Below, in pieces: positions 55,024 to 64,000 of a stretch of DNA of 64,000 nucleotides (positions are counted from its first letter, which is position 1; each line of letters opens with the position of its first letter). Under the pieces are notes generated by a model. It was given only the letters and a program-made list of their open reading frames with translations, did no database searches and had not been told where the DNA came from. The position numbers and the translations under genes were made by a program. Origin of the DNA: Flavobacteriales bacterium (GTDB lineage Bacteria > Bacteroidota > Bacteroidia > Flavobacteriales_F > PHOS-HE28); NCBI GenBank assembly GCA_016788485.1, contig JAEUSV010000158.1, positions 972 to 64,971 of the forward strand, in the 5' to 3' direction.

Positions 55024-55124
55024 TCGCGGGCGATGCAGAAGCACCTGGGCTTCGGTGCGGTAGCTCGAAAGGAAGAAGTCTTACCGCGGCGGATCCATTA
55101 CCTTGAACGCACGAACATGTGCAC

Positions 55125-56000
55125 ATGAGAACCCTCCTTCTTGCCCTGCTCCTCGCGGCATCCACTTGCCTTCTCGCCCAGCATGATGAGGCCTTGGGCC
55201 TGCTGGCCCGCACCTACAAGGACAACATGTTCAGGAACGAGCCGACGAAGGAGGCGCTCGATGCCCTGAAGAACGGCGTACCGAACGAACTGGGGCCCAC
55301 CAGGGACCTGATCGTGCGGATGATCACGACCCGGAACGACCTCGGAACGGCGAAGGGGATGATGGTGCCCGATGAAACGACCCTCCGGAACATCCATGCG
55401 GTGCGTCAACTGGACCTGAACATGCGAAAGGAGGGGCACGCCAGCGATGCGCATATCCTGGACAGCTTGCGCAATGCCCCCGCATCGCGCCACGAGCTGG
55501 TCCGGAACTACTACGACATGGTCTTCACGGCGATCGGGAACAAGAACAAGCCGTTCAACCTGTCGAAGCTCGACCTGCGGCCTGATGCCTGCGGCCTGAA
55601 GGACGAGACCGAACGCGGCATTCTCTTCCTGGAATGCATGAGCCTCTGCCGCTCCATGATCTGGGGGTACATGAACGTGGTGAAGCCGCCGAACACGAAG
55701 GAGGCCATGGCTTACATCAAGCGGTTCCCGAAGGTGAACGGCACTGATTACTACCGCTTCAACGACCTGCTCTTCCCAGACTTCATGTTCATGTACGACG
55801 ACAGCCTGCAGAGTTACAAGGGCGTGATGATCGACCAGTACTTCGAGCTCCTCATGTACCACACCGTCGTGCTCGACAAGGAAGGCGCGAAGGAGGAAGC
55901 GGTGCTGGACCTCATCCTGGGATCCTCGATGCGGGATGAGCGGCTTTGGAAGTACTCCAAGAACAAGGAAACGTTCGAGGAGCTCTTCAAGAAGCAGTGA
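55125..56000 (+). CDS. Hypothetical secreted protein in a lower-GC patch
   Basis: Signal MRTLLLALLLAASTCLLAQ. Coding-like, K/E/N-rich composition unlike the shadow ORFs. No family recognised. Confidence 0.5.
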   Translation: MRTLLLALLLAASTCLLAQHDEALGLLARTYKDNMFRNEPTKEALDALKNGVPNELGPTRDLIVRMITTRNDLGTAKGMMVPDETTLRNIHAVRQLDLNMRKEGHASDAHILDSLRNAPASRHELVRNYYDMVFTAIGNKNKPFNLSKLDLRPDACGLKDETERGILFLECMSLCRSMIWGYMNVVKPPNTKEAMAYIKRFPKVNGTDYYRFNDLLFPDFMFMYDDSLQSYKGVMIDQYFELLMYHTVVLDKEGAKEEAVLDLILGSSMRDERLWKYSKNKETFEELFKKQ

Positions 56001-56051
56001 CACATGACGTGGTCACCTCCACAGGTGCACTGATCAGGGGCGAAGCGCCTG

Positions 56052-56552
56052 TCATGCAGGTCCGGTAAGCTCCTTGACGAACACCAGTCGCATGAAGCCG
56101 CGATCGTCCGGCTGATCGCGCTCCGGTGCGCGTACGAACCCAACGCGTTCATACAGGCGGTGCGCGGCCAACATGGATGGTTGCGACCAGATCACCACAC
56201 GATCCGCGCCCGCGATCACCGCACGCTCCAAGCAGGCGCGCACCAACGCCTCCCCTGCTCCCGTGCCGCGGACATGGGGATGCACGCCCAACAGGCGGAA
56301 CTCACGCTCGCCTTCGAGGGCAAGCTGACGTAGTTCGCTTACCACGTGAAGGAACAACACCGCACCGCCGATACGCTCCTCACCATCCACGGCGATGAGC
56401 ATCTCCCCCGCCGGCTCCAACCGCTCGCGGTCCTGAAAAGCGGCCGCGCGTTCCGCGTTGGTGTAGCCTTCGCCGACATACACGCGATGGAGGATCGCGC
56501 AGGCGTTGGACCAGTCACGGTCGGTGATCGCGGGTCGTACGAGCCATTCCAT
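56052..56552 (-). CDS. GNAT family N-acetyltransferase
   Basis: Acetyl-CoA motif A-like LLGVHPHVRGTGAGEALV and a C-terminal RLYERVGF. ATG 56552 chosen. Confidence 0.75.
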   Translation of the reverse strand: MEWLVRPAITDRDWSNACAILHRVYVGEGYTNAERAAAFQDRERLEPAGEMLIAVDGEERIGGAVLFLHVVSELRQLALEGEREFRLLGVHPHVRGTGAGEALVRACLERAVIAGADRVVIWSQPSMLAAHRLYERVGFVRAPERDQPDDRGFMRLVFVKELTGPA

Positions 56553-56734
56553 ACGCCGAAATTCGTGGTAGATTGAACGGCAACCAAGGTCGGAACATCG
56601 CGTCTGTTTTACACGCACCATTCGCCATGCGCCCCCAAATGAGTCGACCCGTTCACGCGCAACGAAGGAGCGAAGCGTCCTTCATTTTTGCGCCTCCTTC
56701 CACTGATCATTCGTCCTGTACTCCTCCGATCATC

Positions 56735-59137
56735 ATGCGTGCCTTCCTCCTTCCTGCTATGCTGCTCCTTCCCTCGCTCCATGCAAGCGCTCAGACCTTC
56801 AGCGGTGTCAACGACCTGAGCGCCTCGAATGCATATCCCGTAAGTGTGCATGCAGCCGACCTTGACGGCGATGGCGACCTGGATTTTCTTTCCGCGTCGC
56901 AGAACGACAACAAGGTGGTTTGGTATCCGAATGATGGAGCAGGCATTTTCGGCAGGCAGCGAGTGATCACACTGGCGATCGAGCAGGCGACCTGCTTACA
57001 TACTGCGGACCTAGATGGCGACCTCGATGTGGACGTATTGTCCTCATCAAGCAGTGACAACAAGATCGCTTGGTACGCGAACGATGGAAGTGGCGGCTTC
57101 GCACCACAACAGATCATCTCCACATCTGCACTCTCGGCCTCATCCCTATATACCACGGACCTCGATGGTGATGGGGACCCGGATGTGCTTTCCGCTTCAC
57201 GGTCGGACAATAAGGTCGCGTGGTACATGAATGATGGGCTCGGCAACTTCGGCCTGCAGCAGATCATCTCCACCCAGGCCGCACAAGCTACCTGGGTCCA
57301 TGCGGCCGACCTTGATGGCGATGGAGACCAGGACGTGCTGTCCGCTTCCATGAACGACGACAAGATCGCCTGGTACGCGAACGACGGCCTCGGGAACTTC
57401 GGACCGCAAATAGTGATCAGCGCCTCGATCGATCAAGCCTGGCGTGTCCATGCATCGGACCTCGACAATGATGGGGATGCCGATGTGATCACCACCGCAC
57501 AGAGCAACGTGATCGTGTGGTACGAGAATCTCGGTGCAGGTAGCTTTGGCACCCAGCAATTGCTGGCCACGGCACCGGCACCCATGGACGTGCGCACGGC
57601 AGACCTCGACAATGACGGGGACACGGACATCCTGTCGACATTCTTGAACGGGAACAAGGTGGTGTGGTTCGAGAACACCGGCGCCGGCGCGTTCAGTGCG
57701 CCGCTCATCATCACCACTGCGGTCGACCGCCCGCGCACCACGTTCGCTGCAGACCTTGATGGCGATGGCGACGAGGACGTCCTCTCTGGTTCCTTCTATG
57801 ATGACAAGCTCGCGTGGTACATGAACGACGGCAACGGCAGCTTCGGCGCTCAGCAGGTCATTTCCACGGCGGCGATCGCTGCCTGGAGCGTCCAGGCGAC
57901 GGATCTGGACGGAGATGGCGACCAGGATGTGCTTTCGGCCTCCTTTGCGGACTTCAAGCTCGCCTGGTACCGTAATGACGGCTTGGGGCAGTTCAGCATC
58001 CAACAGGTGATCTCCAACACGCTTTATGGCATCCAAGCCGTTCATGCCGCCGACCTGGACGGCGATGGGGACCAGGATGTGATCGCAGGAAGTTCGCCGG
58101 TCCTGTGGTTCCCGAACGACGGTGCCGGAAACTTCGCCCCTCCCCAGGCGATCTGCAACACCGGCGGTTGGTCCTTTGCAACTGCCGACCTCGATAACGA
58201 CGGCGATCTGGACCTGCTCATCGCCGATGGCGGCAGCTCCGTGCTCACTTGCAGGAACAACGGAACAGGGATCTTCGACCCTCCCGCTAGCCTCGCCTAC
58301 CAGCAAGGCTACCCAAAGTCCGTTTACGCCGCGGACTTGGACGGTGATGGTGACCAGGATGCACTAGCTGCCTCCTACTATGACAATATGATCACGCGCT
58401 TCTTGAACAATGGCCAGGGCGCCTTCGGTCCGCAGCTAGTGATCACCACGGACGCGATGTGGGCCAACTGTGTGCATGCGGCGGACCTGGATGGCGACCT
58501 CGACCTGGATGTGCTCTCCGCCTCCTTAGGCGATGACAAGATCGCCTGGTACATGAACAACGGCCAGGGGAACTTCGGACCGCAGCAAGTGATCACCACG
58601 CAAGCCGACGGCGCCACCTACGTTACCACGGCCGACGTGAACGGGGATGGACAACCGGATGTGATCTCCGCCTCGCAATTGGACGGGAAGATCGCCTGGT
58701 ACATGAACAATGGGCAGGGGAGCTTCGGGCCCCAGCAGGTCATTTCCGACTTGGCCCGCGGCGCCCAATGCGTCCATACAGCCGACCTGGATGGTGATGG
58801 TGACCCGGAAGTGCTGTCGGCATCAGAGTGGGACCACCGGATCGCCTGGTATGAGAATCTGGGCATGGTGCTCAACACCGATGGACCTCGTGTCGATGTC
58901 GGGATCACCGCATTCCCGAACCCGTTCCGCGAAGTGCTGACCGTGCAACTTCAGGAAGCCGTGGTCGATGCACACCTTCGCTTGCTTGACATGAGCGGTC
59001 GGCTGTTGCGTGAAGAGCGCGTGGCAGGACCCGGGGACCGCTTTTCCCTCGAACGGAAGGGCCTCACCTCCGGCCTGTACATGCTGCAAGTGCTGAGCAA
59101 CGAACAGCGGTGGTCCACAACTGTCGTGGTCGAGTAG
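56735..59137 (+). CDS. T9SS-secreted FG-GAP/VCBS repeat protein with 14 blades and a type-A CTD
   Basis: Signal MRAFLLPAMLLLPSLHASAQ. 14 copies of ADLDGDGD.DVLSAS...DKIAWY.NDG.G.FG.QQVI. C-terminus (ITAFPNPFREVLTVQL...GLYMLQVLSNEQRWSTTVVVE) is T9SS type-A. Confidence 0.8.
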   Translation: MRAFLLPAMLLLPSLHASAQTFSGVNDLSASNAYPVSVHAADLDGDGDLDFLSASQNDNKVVWYPNDGAGIFGRQRVITLAIEQATCLHTADLDGDLDVDVLSSSSSDNKIAWYANDGSGGFAPQQIISTSALSASSLYTTDLDGDGDPDVLSASRSDNKVAWYMNDGLGNFGLQQIISTQAAQATWVHAADLDGDGDQDVLSASMNDDKIAWYANDGLGNFGPQIVISASIDQAWRVHASDLDNDGDADVITTAQSNVIVWYENLGAGSFGTQQLLATAPAPMDVRTADLDNDGDTDILSTFLNGNKVVWFENTGAGAFSAPLIITTAVDRPRTTFAADLDGDGDEDVLSGSFYDDKLAWYMNDGNGSFGAQQVISTAAIAAWSVQATDLDGDGDQDVLSASFADFKLAWYRNDGLGQFSIQQVISNTLYGIQAVHAADLDGDGDQDVIAGSSPVLWFPNDGAGNFAPPQAICNTGGWSFATADLDNDGDLDLLIADGGSSVLTCRNNGTGIFDPPASLAYQQGYPKSVYAADLDGDGDQDALAASYYDNMITRFLNNGQGAFGPQLVITTDAMWANCVHAADLDGDLDLDVLSASLGDDKIAWYMNNGQGNFGPQQVITTQADGATYVTTADVNGDGQPDVISASQLDGKIAWYMNNGQGSFGPQQVISDLARGAQCVHTADLDGDGDPEVLSASEWDHRIAWYENLGMVLNTDGPRVDVGITAFPNPFREVLTVQLQEAVVDAHLRLLDMSGRLLREERVAGPGDRFSLERKGLTSGLYMLQVLSNEQRWSTTVVVE
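56830..58865 (+). repeat. 14 in-frame tandem FG-GAP coding repeats (about 140-190 bp each)
   Basis: Counted 14 DLDGDGD / DLDNDGD / DVNGDG calcium-loop motifs in the translation. Confidence 0.8.
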
Positions 59138-59255
59138 CGCTCACGCTTCCTCGCCAGGGCTCCTCAATGGGCCTTGGTATTGACGTTGAACGGTATCAGG
59201 ACAGCACCCCGTACCCTCAAATAACGGCGCGGATCGTACGCAGCCCGACGCCTAC

Positions 59256-60518
59256 TTACAGCCCCAACAACACCTCGCCCGGATCCTTGCCGCCGAAAAC
59301 GAGCTTCGTGGGATCCTCGATCATCTCCTTCACCTTGTACAGGAAGCTCACGCTCTCCTTGCCGTCGATGATGCGGTGATCGTAGCTCAGCGCCACGTAC
59401 ATGATGGGGCGGATCACCACATGGCCGTTCACGGCCACCGGGCGCTCCACGATGTTGTGCATGCCCAGGATGGCGCTCTGCGGCGGGTTGATGATGGGCG
59501 TGCTGAGCATGCTGCCGAACACGCCGCCGTTGGTGATGGTGAAGGTGCCGCCCGTCATCTCATCGATGGTGAGCTTGCCGTCGCGCGCCTTCACGGCGAG
59601 CTCCTTGATCTTCGCCTCGATCTCGGCCAGGCTCATGCGCTCGGCGTTGCGCAGCACGGGCACCATGAGGCCCTTGGGGCTGCTCACCGCGATGCCCACG
59701 TCGGCGTAGTCGAAGGTGACGATCTCGTCGCCCTGGATCTGGCCGTTCACCGCGGGGAACTGGCGCAGCGCCTCCGTCACCGCCTTGGTGAAGAAGCTCA
59801 TGAAGCCCAGGCCCGTGCCCTTCTGCTCCTTGAACTTGTCCTTGTACTTGTCGCGCAGGGCCATCACCGCGCTCATGTCCACCTCGTTGAAGGTGGTGAG
59901 CATCGCGGTGGTGTTCTTCACGCTCACCAGGCGCTCGGCCACCTTCTTGCGCAGGGTGGTCATCTTGGCGCGTTGCTCGTTGCGTGAGCCGCCCCATCCG
60001 TTCATCAGCTTGCCACCGGCGTCCACGCCGCCGGCGATGTAGGCCTCGACGTCGCTTTTGGTGATGCGGCCGTTCGGACCGCTGCCCTTCACCTTGCTCG
60101 GGTCAACCCCCTTGTCGTCGAGCATGGCCTTGGCCACGGGCGTGGCGTGCGCTGCTGCTGCAGGAGCAGGGGCAGTGGCAGCGCCTGCGCTGGGAGCTTC
60201 GGCGCGCGCGGCAGGAGCAGCGGCGGGCTTCTTGGCCTCCGGTGCCGGCGCCTGGGCCTTGGGCTTAGCCTCCGCCTTCACGCTCGTATCGATGCGCGCC
60301 ACCACATCGCCCACGTTCACCGTGGCATCGGCGGCGGCGAGCACCTCGATGCGGCCCTCGGCCTCGGCGCTGAGCTCGAGTGTGGCCTTGTCGCTGTCGA
60401 TCTCGGCGATCACCTGGTCCTTCTCCACCGTATCGCCGCTCTTCACGAGCCATTGCGCGATGCGGACCTCACTGATGCTCTCTCCGGGGCTGGGGACCTT
60501 GATGTCTACGGTGGCCAT
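59256..60518 (-). CDS. sucB: 2-oxoglutarate dehydrogenase E2, dihydrolipoyllysine-residue succinyltransferase
   Basis: Lipoyl domain ([11 protein letters not shown]), Ala/Pro-rich linker, E3-binding segment, catalytic DHRIIDG. Confidence 0.9.
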   Translation of the reverse strand: MATVDIKVPSPGESISEVRIAQWLVKSGDTVEKDQVIAEIDSDKATLELSAEAEGRIEVLAAADATVNVGDVVARIDTSVKAEAKPKAQAPAPEAKKPAAAPAARAEAPSAGAATAPAPAAAAHATPVAKAMLDDKGVDPSKVKGSGPNGRITKSDVEAYIAGGVDAGGKLMNGWGGSRNEQRAKMTTLRKKVAERLVSVKNTTAMLTTFNEVDMSAVMALRDKYKDKFKEQKGTGLGFMSFFTKAVTEALRQFPAVNGQIQGDEIVTFDYADVGIAVSSPKGLMVPVLRNAERMSLAEIEAKIKELAVKARDGKLTIDEMTGGTFTITNGGVFGSMLSTPIINPPQSAILGMHNIVERPVAVNGHVVIRPIMYVALSYDHRIIDGKESVSFLYKVKEMIEDPTKLVFGGKDPGEVLLGL

Positions 60519-60520
60519 CT

Positions 60521-60552
60521 GGGGAATGTGGAAATGAGGAAATGTGGGAATG
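60521..60552. repeat. 4 x 8-nt tandem array, GGGGAATG TGGAAATG AGGAAATG TGGGAATG on the + strand, abutting the sucB start
   Basis: Direct reading. On the coding (-) strand this is CATTCCCA CATTTCCT CATTTCCA CATTCCCC, then AG, then ATG. Confidence 0.8.
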
Positions 60553-60556
60553 CGGT

Positions 60557-60612
60557 GCTTGTTACTTGACCCTTGTCACTTGTTCCTTGTCACTTGTTCC
60601 TTGTCACTTGCT
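60557..60612. repeat. 4 x 14-nt tandem array: GCTTGTTACTTGAC, CCTTGTCACTTGTT, CCTTGTCACTTGTT, CCTTGTCACTTGCT
   Basis: Direct reading. The two central units are identical. The last unit's final base is the first plus-strand base of the sucA stop codon (TTA at 60612-60614, TAA on the coding strand). Confidence 0.85.
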
Positions 60613-63407
60613 TACGCCCGTGCCTTCTTGTTGGCCGCGGCCTTCTCGCCGCTGGGGGTGCTGCCGGCGAAGGTCTGCTCGATGATGGCCAGCTGCTGGT
60701 TGGCGCTGCGCTTGCTACTGCCGGTGGCGGGCGCGCCGCTCGCCGGACGACTGATGCACTCGAGCTTCACATCGAGCTCCGGCTGCAGGTGCGTGAGGAT
60801 GTGCGTCCACGCGCCCATGTTGCGCGGCTCCTCCTGCACCCACAGGAAGCGCTCGGCCTTGGAATACTTCTTCACCGCGGCCTTGATCGCGTCCACGGGC
60901 AGCGGATGCAGCTGCTCCACACGCAGCAGCGCGGTGTCGGTGATGCCGTTGGTGTCGCGGTGCTCGGCGAGGTCGTAGTGCACCTTGCCCTGCGTGAGCA
61001 CCACGGTGCGCACCTGCTTGGGATCGGCGGCCGCATCCTCGATGAAGGGCTGGAAGCGGCCCTTCGCGAGCTCGTCCAGCGTGCTCACGCACCTCGGGTG
61101 GCGCAGCAGGCTCTTCGGCGTGAAGACCACGAGCGGCTTGCGGAAGTCCCACGCCAGCTGGCGGCGCAGCACGTGGAAGAAGTTGGCGGGCGTGGTGCAG
61201 TTCACCACCAGCATGTTCTCGTCGGCGCAGCTCTGCAGGAAACGCTCCATGCGCGCGCTGCTGTGCTCGGCGCCCTGCCCCTCGTAGCCGTGGGGAAGCA
61301 ACACCACCAGGCCGTTCTGCGTGTTCCACTTCTCCTCGGCGCAGCACAGGTACTGGTCGAGGATGATCTGCGCGCCGTTCACGAAATCGCCGAACTGCGC
61401 CTCCCAGATGGTGAGCGTGTTGGGGTTGGTGAGCGCGTAGCCGTACTCGAAGCCGAGCACCGCGTACTCGCTGAGCAGCGAGTTGTAGATCTGCAGCAGC
61501 GCCTGGCCCTCCTGGATGTGCTTCAGGTGGATGAACTCCTCCTCGCTGTCCTCCACCTTCACCACGGCATGGCGGTGGCTGAAGGTGCCGCGCTCCACGT
61601 CCTGGCCGGTGAAGCGTACGGGCTTGCCCTCCACGAGCAGGGACCCGTAGGCGAGCAGTTCGGCGAGGCCCCAGTCGAGCACCCCGTCGTCCATCATCTT
61701 CTTCCGGTCGTTGAGGATCTTCTCCAGCTTGCTGAAGAACTTCCGGCCGTTGGGGTGCAGCACGGTGAGCTTCTCGCCGATCATCTTCAGCGTCTCCTTC
61801 TTCACGCCGGTGGCCGGTGCGGAGAGGAGGTCGGCCACGGTCGCGCGGCGGAAGCCCTTCCAGCGCTCGGCCATGAAGTTGGTGATCTTGCCCACGCGCT
61901 GCTGCTTGGCCTCGTTGAGGCGCTCGTCGAGCATGGCGGTGAAGCTGCGCTCCATGTCGGCCGCTAGCTCCTTGGCGCCCTCCACGCCGCTATCGATCAG
62001 CTTCTGCGTGTAGATGGCCCGCGGGTCGGGGTGCGCGGCGATGGCCTTGTACAGCACGGGCTGCGTGAACTTGGGCTCGTCGCCCTCGTTGTGGCCGTGC
62101 TTGCGGTAGCAGAGGATGTCGACCCAGATGTCGGCGCCGTACTTCTGGCGGTAGTCCATCGCCAGCTTCATGGTGTAGGCCACGGCCTCGGCGTCGTCGC
62201 CGTTCACGTGGAACACGGGGCACTGCGTCACCTTCGCCACGTCGGTGCAGTAGGTGCTGGTGCGCGCGTCGATGTAGTTGGTGGTGAAGCCCACCTGGTT
62301 GTTCACCACGATGTGGATGGTGCCGCCCACCTCATAGGCCTTCAACCCGGCCATCTGCGCCACCTCGTACACCACGCCCTGGCCCGCCACCGCGGCGTCG
62401 CCGTGGATGATGATCGGGGCGGTGACGCCCATCTTGAACTTGTCGTCGTGCTCGATGATGGCGCGGCTGATGCCCTGCATCACGGGACCGACGCTCTCCA
62501 GGTGGCTGGGGTTGGGGGCCAGCGTGAGGCGCACCTCCTTGCCGGTGTTGGTCTTCAGCACGGAGCTGTAGCCCATGTGGTACTTCACGTCGCCCTCCAC
62601 CAGCGCGTCCTCGTAGTCCTTGCCCTCGAACTCGCTGAAGATCTGGTCGTAGCTCTTGCGCAGGGTGTTGGCCAGCACGTTGAGGCGGCCGCGGTGGGCC
62701 ATGCCGATCACGTACTCGGTGATGCCCTGCTCGGCGCCGTGCTCGATGGCGGTGTCGAGCGCCGGGATCAGGGCCTCGGCGCCCTCGATGCTGAAGCGCT
62801 TGGCGCCGATGAACTTCTTGCCGAGGAACTTCTCGAACACCACCGCCTCGTTGAGCTTCTCGAGGATCTCCTTCTTCTGGTCGATGGTGAAGTCGGGCGT
62901 GTTGCGCGTGCTCTCCATGCGCTGCTGCAGCCACTTCACCTTCTCGGGGTTGCGGATGTAGCGGAACTCCACGCCGATGCTCTGGCAGTAGGTCTGGTCG
63001 AGCAGGGCGATGATGTCGCGCAGCTTGGCGGGGCCCAGGCCCACCTCGTTGCCGGCCGCGAACACGGTGTCGAGGTCGGCGTCGCTGAGCCCGTAGGTGG
63101 GCAGGTCCAGGGGCGGGCTGTACTTGCGGCGCTCGCGCACCGGGTTGGTGCGGGTGAAGAGGTGGCCGCGCTGGCGGTAGGCGTTGATGAACTCGATGAC
63201 CTTGAACTCCTTGGTCATCTGCTCGGAGGCCATGCCGGCGCCGGGGCTCACCCCGGGCAGCACCTCGTGGCGGGTGCGGGCCAGCTCGAAGCCTTCGAAG
63301 AAGCGGGCCCAGCCGGGGTCGACCGAGGCGGGGTCCGTGAGGTATTGCTGGTAGACGGCGTCGAGCGCGGCCGGGTCGGCGTTGCTCAGGTAGGAGTGCT
63401 TGTCCAT
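60612..63407 (-). CDS. sucA: 2-oxoglutarate dehydrogenase E1 component
   Basis: 931 aa. N-terminal MDKHSYLSNADPAALDAVYQQY, thiamine-diphosphate region (GDAAVAGQGVVYE), overall E1o layout. ATG 63407 chosen. Confidence 0.95.
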   Translation of the reverse strand: MDKHSYLSNADPAALDAVYQQYLTDPASVDPGWARFFEGFELARTRHEVLPGVSPGAGMASEQMTKEFKVIEFINAYRQRGHLFTRTNPVRERRKYSPPLDLPTYGLSDADLDTVFAAGNEVGLGPAKLRDIIALLDQTYCQSIGVEFRYIRNPEKVKWLQQRMESTRNTPDFTIDQKKEILEKLNEAVVFEKFLGKKFIGAKRFSIEGAEALIPALDTAIEHGAEQGITEYVIGMAHRGRLNVLANTLRKSYDQIFSEFEGKDYEDALVEGDVKYHMGYSSVLKTNTGKEVRLTLAPNPSHLESVGPVMQGISRAIIEHDDKFKMGVTAPIIIHGDAAVAGQGVVYEVAQMAGLKAYEVGGTIHIVVNNQVGFTTNYIDARTSTYCTDVAKVTQCPVFHVNGDDAEAVAYTMKLAMDYRQKYGADIWVDILCYRKHGHNEGDEPKFTQPVLYKAIAAHPDPRAIYTQKLIDSGVEGAKELAADMERSFTAMLDERLNEAKQQRVGKITNFMAERWKGFRRATVADLLSAPATGVKKETLKMIGEKLTVLHPNGRKFFSKLEKILNDRKKMMDDGVLDWGLAELLAYGSLLVEGKPVRFTGQDVERGTFSHRHAVVKVEDSEEEFIHLKHIQEGQALLQIYNSLLSEYAVLGFEYGYALTNPNTLTIWEAQFGDFVNGAQIILDQYLCCAEEKWNTQNGLVVLLPHGYEGQGAEHSSARMERFLQSCADENMLVVNCTTPANFFHVLRRQLAWDFRKPLVVFTPKSLLRHPRCVSTLDELAKGRFQPFIEDAAADPKQVRTVVLTQGKVHYDLAEHRDTNGITDTALLRVEQLHPLPVDAIKAAVKKYSKAERFLWVQEEPRNMGAWTHILTHLQPELDVKLECISRPASGAPATGSSKRSANQQLAIIEQTFAGSTPSGEKAAANKKARA

Positions 63408-63428
63408 AAGGGCGTTGGACCGGGGTGG

Positions 63429-63436
63429 CAAAGGTA
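63429..63436 (-). promoter_or_regulatory. -7 box TACCTTTG for sucAB
   Basis: Plus strand reads CAAAGGTA, 21 nt upstream of ATG 63407. Confidence 0.45.
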
Positions 63437-63496
63437 GCCATCGGTCCGGGCCGCTTTACGGAAGGAAGGGGGTGCCGGTTGCAGGGCGGGACCGGA

Positions 63497-63853
63497 TCAG
63501 CCCAGGCCGGCGAACCGCTTGCGTGTCAGCACCTTCTGCAGGCAGCGCAGCACCACCTGGCCGGCCAGTTCGGGCAGCCCCCCGGCGGCCATGCTGCGCT
63601 TGGCGTGGGCCTCGGGCAGGTCCACCCGGTACAGCACCACCCCCAGGGCGTGCTGCCCCTGCCGGTGCCGCGCCTCCACCACGGGCAGCACCTGGGCCCG
63701 CAAGGCCTCGAAGGCGCCCTCCCCCACCTCGGGCTCGGTAAGCTCCGGGGCGTTCAGGTCCTTGCGCAGCTGGGCCACGGTCTCGGCCAGCACCTCGGCC
63801 TTGTCCAGCCAGCGCCGTACGCCGCCCCCCGTTGTTGACAGTTCCTCGTTCAC
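63497..63853 (-). CDS. Hypothetical protein
   Basis: 118-aa ORF with a GTG start and balanced E/L/K/V composition, unlike the overlapping P/A/R-rich shadow ORFs. No family recognised. Confidence 0.4.
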   Translation of the reverse strand: MNEELSTTGGGVRRWLDKAEVLAETVAQLRKDLNAPELTEPEVGEGAFEALRAQVLPVVEARHRQGQHALGVVLYRVDLPEAHAKRSMAAGGLPELAGQVVLRCLQKVLTRKRFAGLG

Positions 63854-63932
63854 GCTGTCGAAAACTACGGCGAAGGCCGCCGGAACGTGGCACTATTTTC
63901 GACGCCTCCGTTCCCCACAAGAACCGAACCCC

Positions 63933-64000
63933 ATGCGCTCCGCCCTCTTCACCGCCCTTTCCGTGCTCGCCCTCACCGCAGGCGCCCAGTACGGCACCTT
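63933..64000 (+). CDS. 5' end of a secreted protein gene, truncated by the window
   Basis: ATG 63933 followed by the signal-like MRSALFTALSVLALTAGAQ. A TATTTTCG box (one mismatch to TAnnTTTG) lies at 63894-63901. Confidence 0.3.
   Translation, partial: MRSALFTALSVLALTAGAQYGT

Noticed and set aside
55100-59140. Genomic island or mobile element as the explanation for the lower-GC patch.
   Set aside because: I saw no integrase, transposase, relaxase or phage gene, no tRNA target and no flanking direct repeats, and a normal-GC GNAT gene sits in the middle. It is kept as a compositional observation only, not called as a mobile element.
59138-59255. Possible small RNA or terminator in the 118-nt gap between the convergent FG-GAP gene and sucB, together with ORF 59110..59379.
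   Set aside because: I found no stable hairpin, T-tract or tRNA-like cloverleaf by eye. The ORF overlaps the sucB 3' end and has an implausible composition.
60557-60612. Possible CRISPR array, raised by the short direct repeats here and the regular repeats in 41.8-50.0 kb.
   Set aside because: The 14-nt units are directly adjacent with no spacers and are far shorter than CRISPR repeats. The 255-265-bp repeats are in-frame coding modules. No cas genes are present in the window.
63400-63920. P/A/R/G-rich ORFs at 63400..63741(+), 63425..63838(+) and 63456..63920(-).
   Set aside because: They are low-complexity proline/alanine/arginine/glycine translations overlapping the better-behaved 118-aa minus-strand ORF 63497..63853. 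They are most likely frame shadows.

Overview
This is a gene-dense, high-GC chromosomal segment from a member of the Bacteroidota. The phylum call rests on T9SS type-A and type-B C-terminal sorting domains, a PorP/SprF gene, the conserved envelope cluster pdxJ / CBS / nadK / DUF6089-like / uppS / bamA / skp / skp / murI, and TAnnTTTG -7 promoter boxes. I call 50 protein-coding genes, two of them cut by the window edges. I saw no rRNA, tRNA, CRISPR array, transposase, integrase or phage gene.

The content is a mix of housekeeping and cell-surface genes.
- Housekeeping: tyrS, pyrC-like, pdxJ, nadK, uppS, bamA, murI, NifU-like, sucAB.
- Two nuclease-containing neighbourhoods: 2-6996 and 13450-19954.
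- A TonB-receptor / HMA / Cys-rich membrane protein metal locus: 32058-35149.
- A barrel-less plug protein with an ECF sigma/anti-sigma pair: 35955-38307.
- A 3242-aa adhesin operon with 31 repeats plus PorP/SprF and OmpA: 38369-51280.
- Several other T9SS cargo genes.

Observations most worth follow-up:
1. A SusD-less TonB receptor + OB-fold lipoprotein + T9SS OB-fold protein + EEP nuclease locus, which may capture and import extracellular DNA.
2. A dispersed 14-nt tandem repeat family (CCTTGTCACTTGNT) confined to three intergenic gaps. With a 4 x 8-nt array it fills nearly the whole sucA-sucB spacer.
3. An exact TACCTTTG box found five times, always in front of a start codon. Several copies are only 2-6 nt from the ATG, which suggests leaderless mRNAs.
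4. Two convergent-gene terminators that share the same stem sequence.

All family names come from motif recognition by eye; no homology search was run. The many long R/A/G/H/V-rich ORFs antisense to real genes are high-GC shadows and were rejected.
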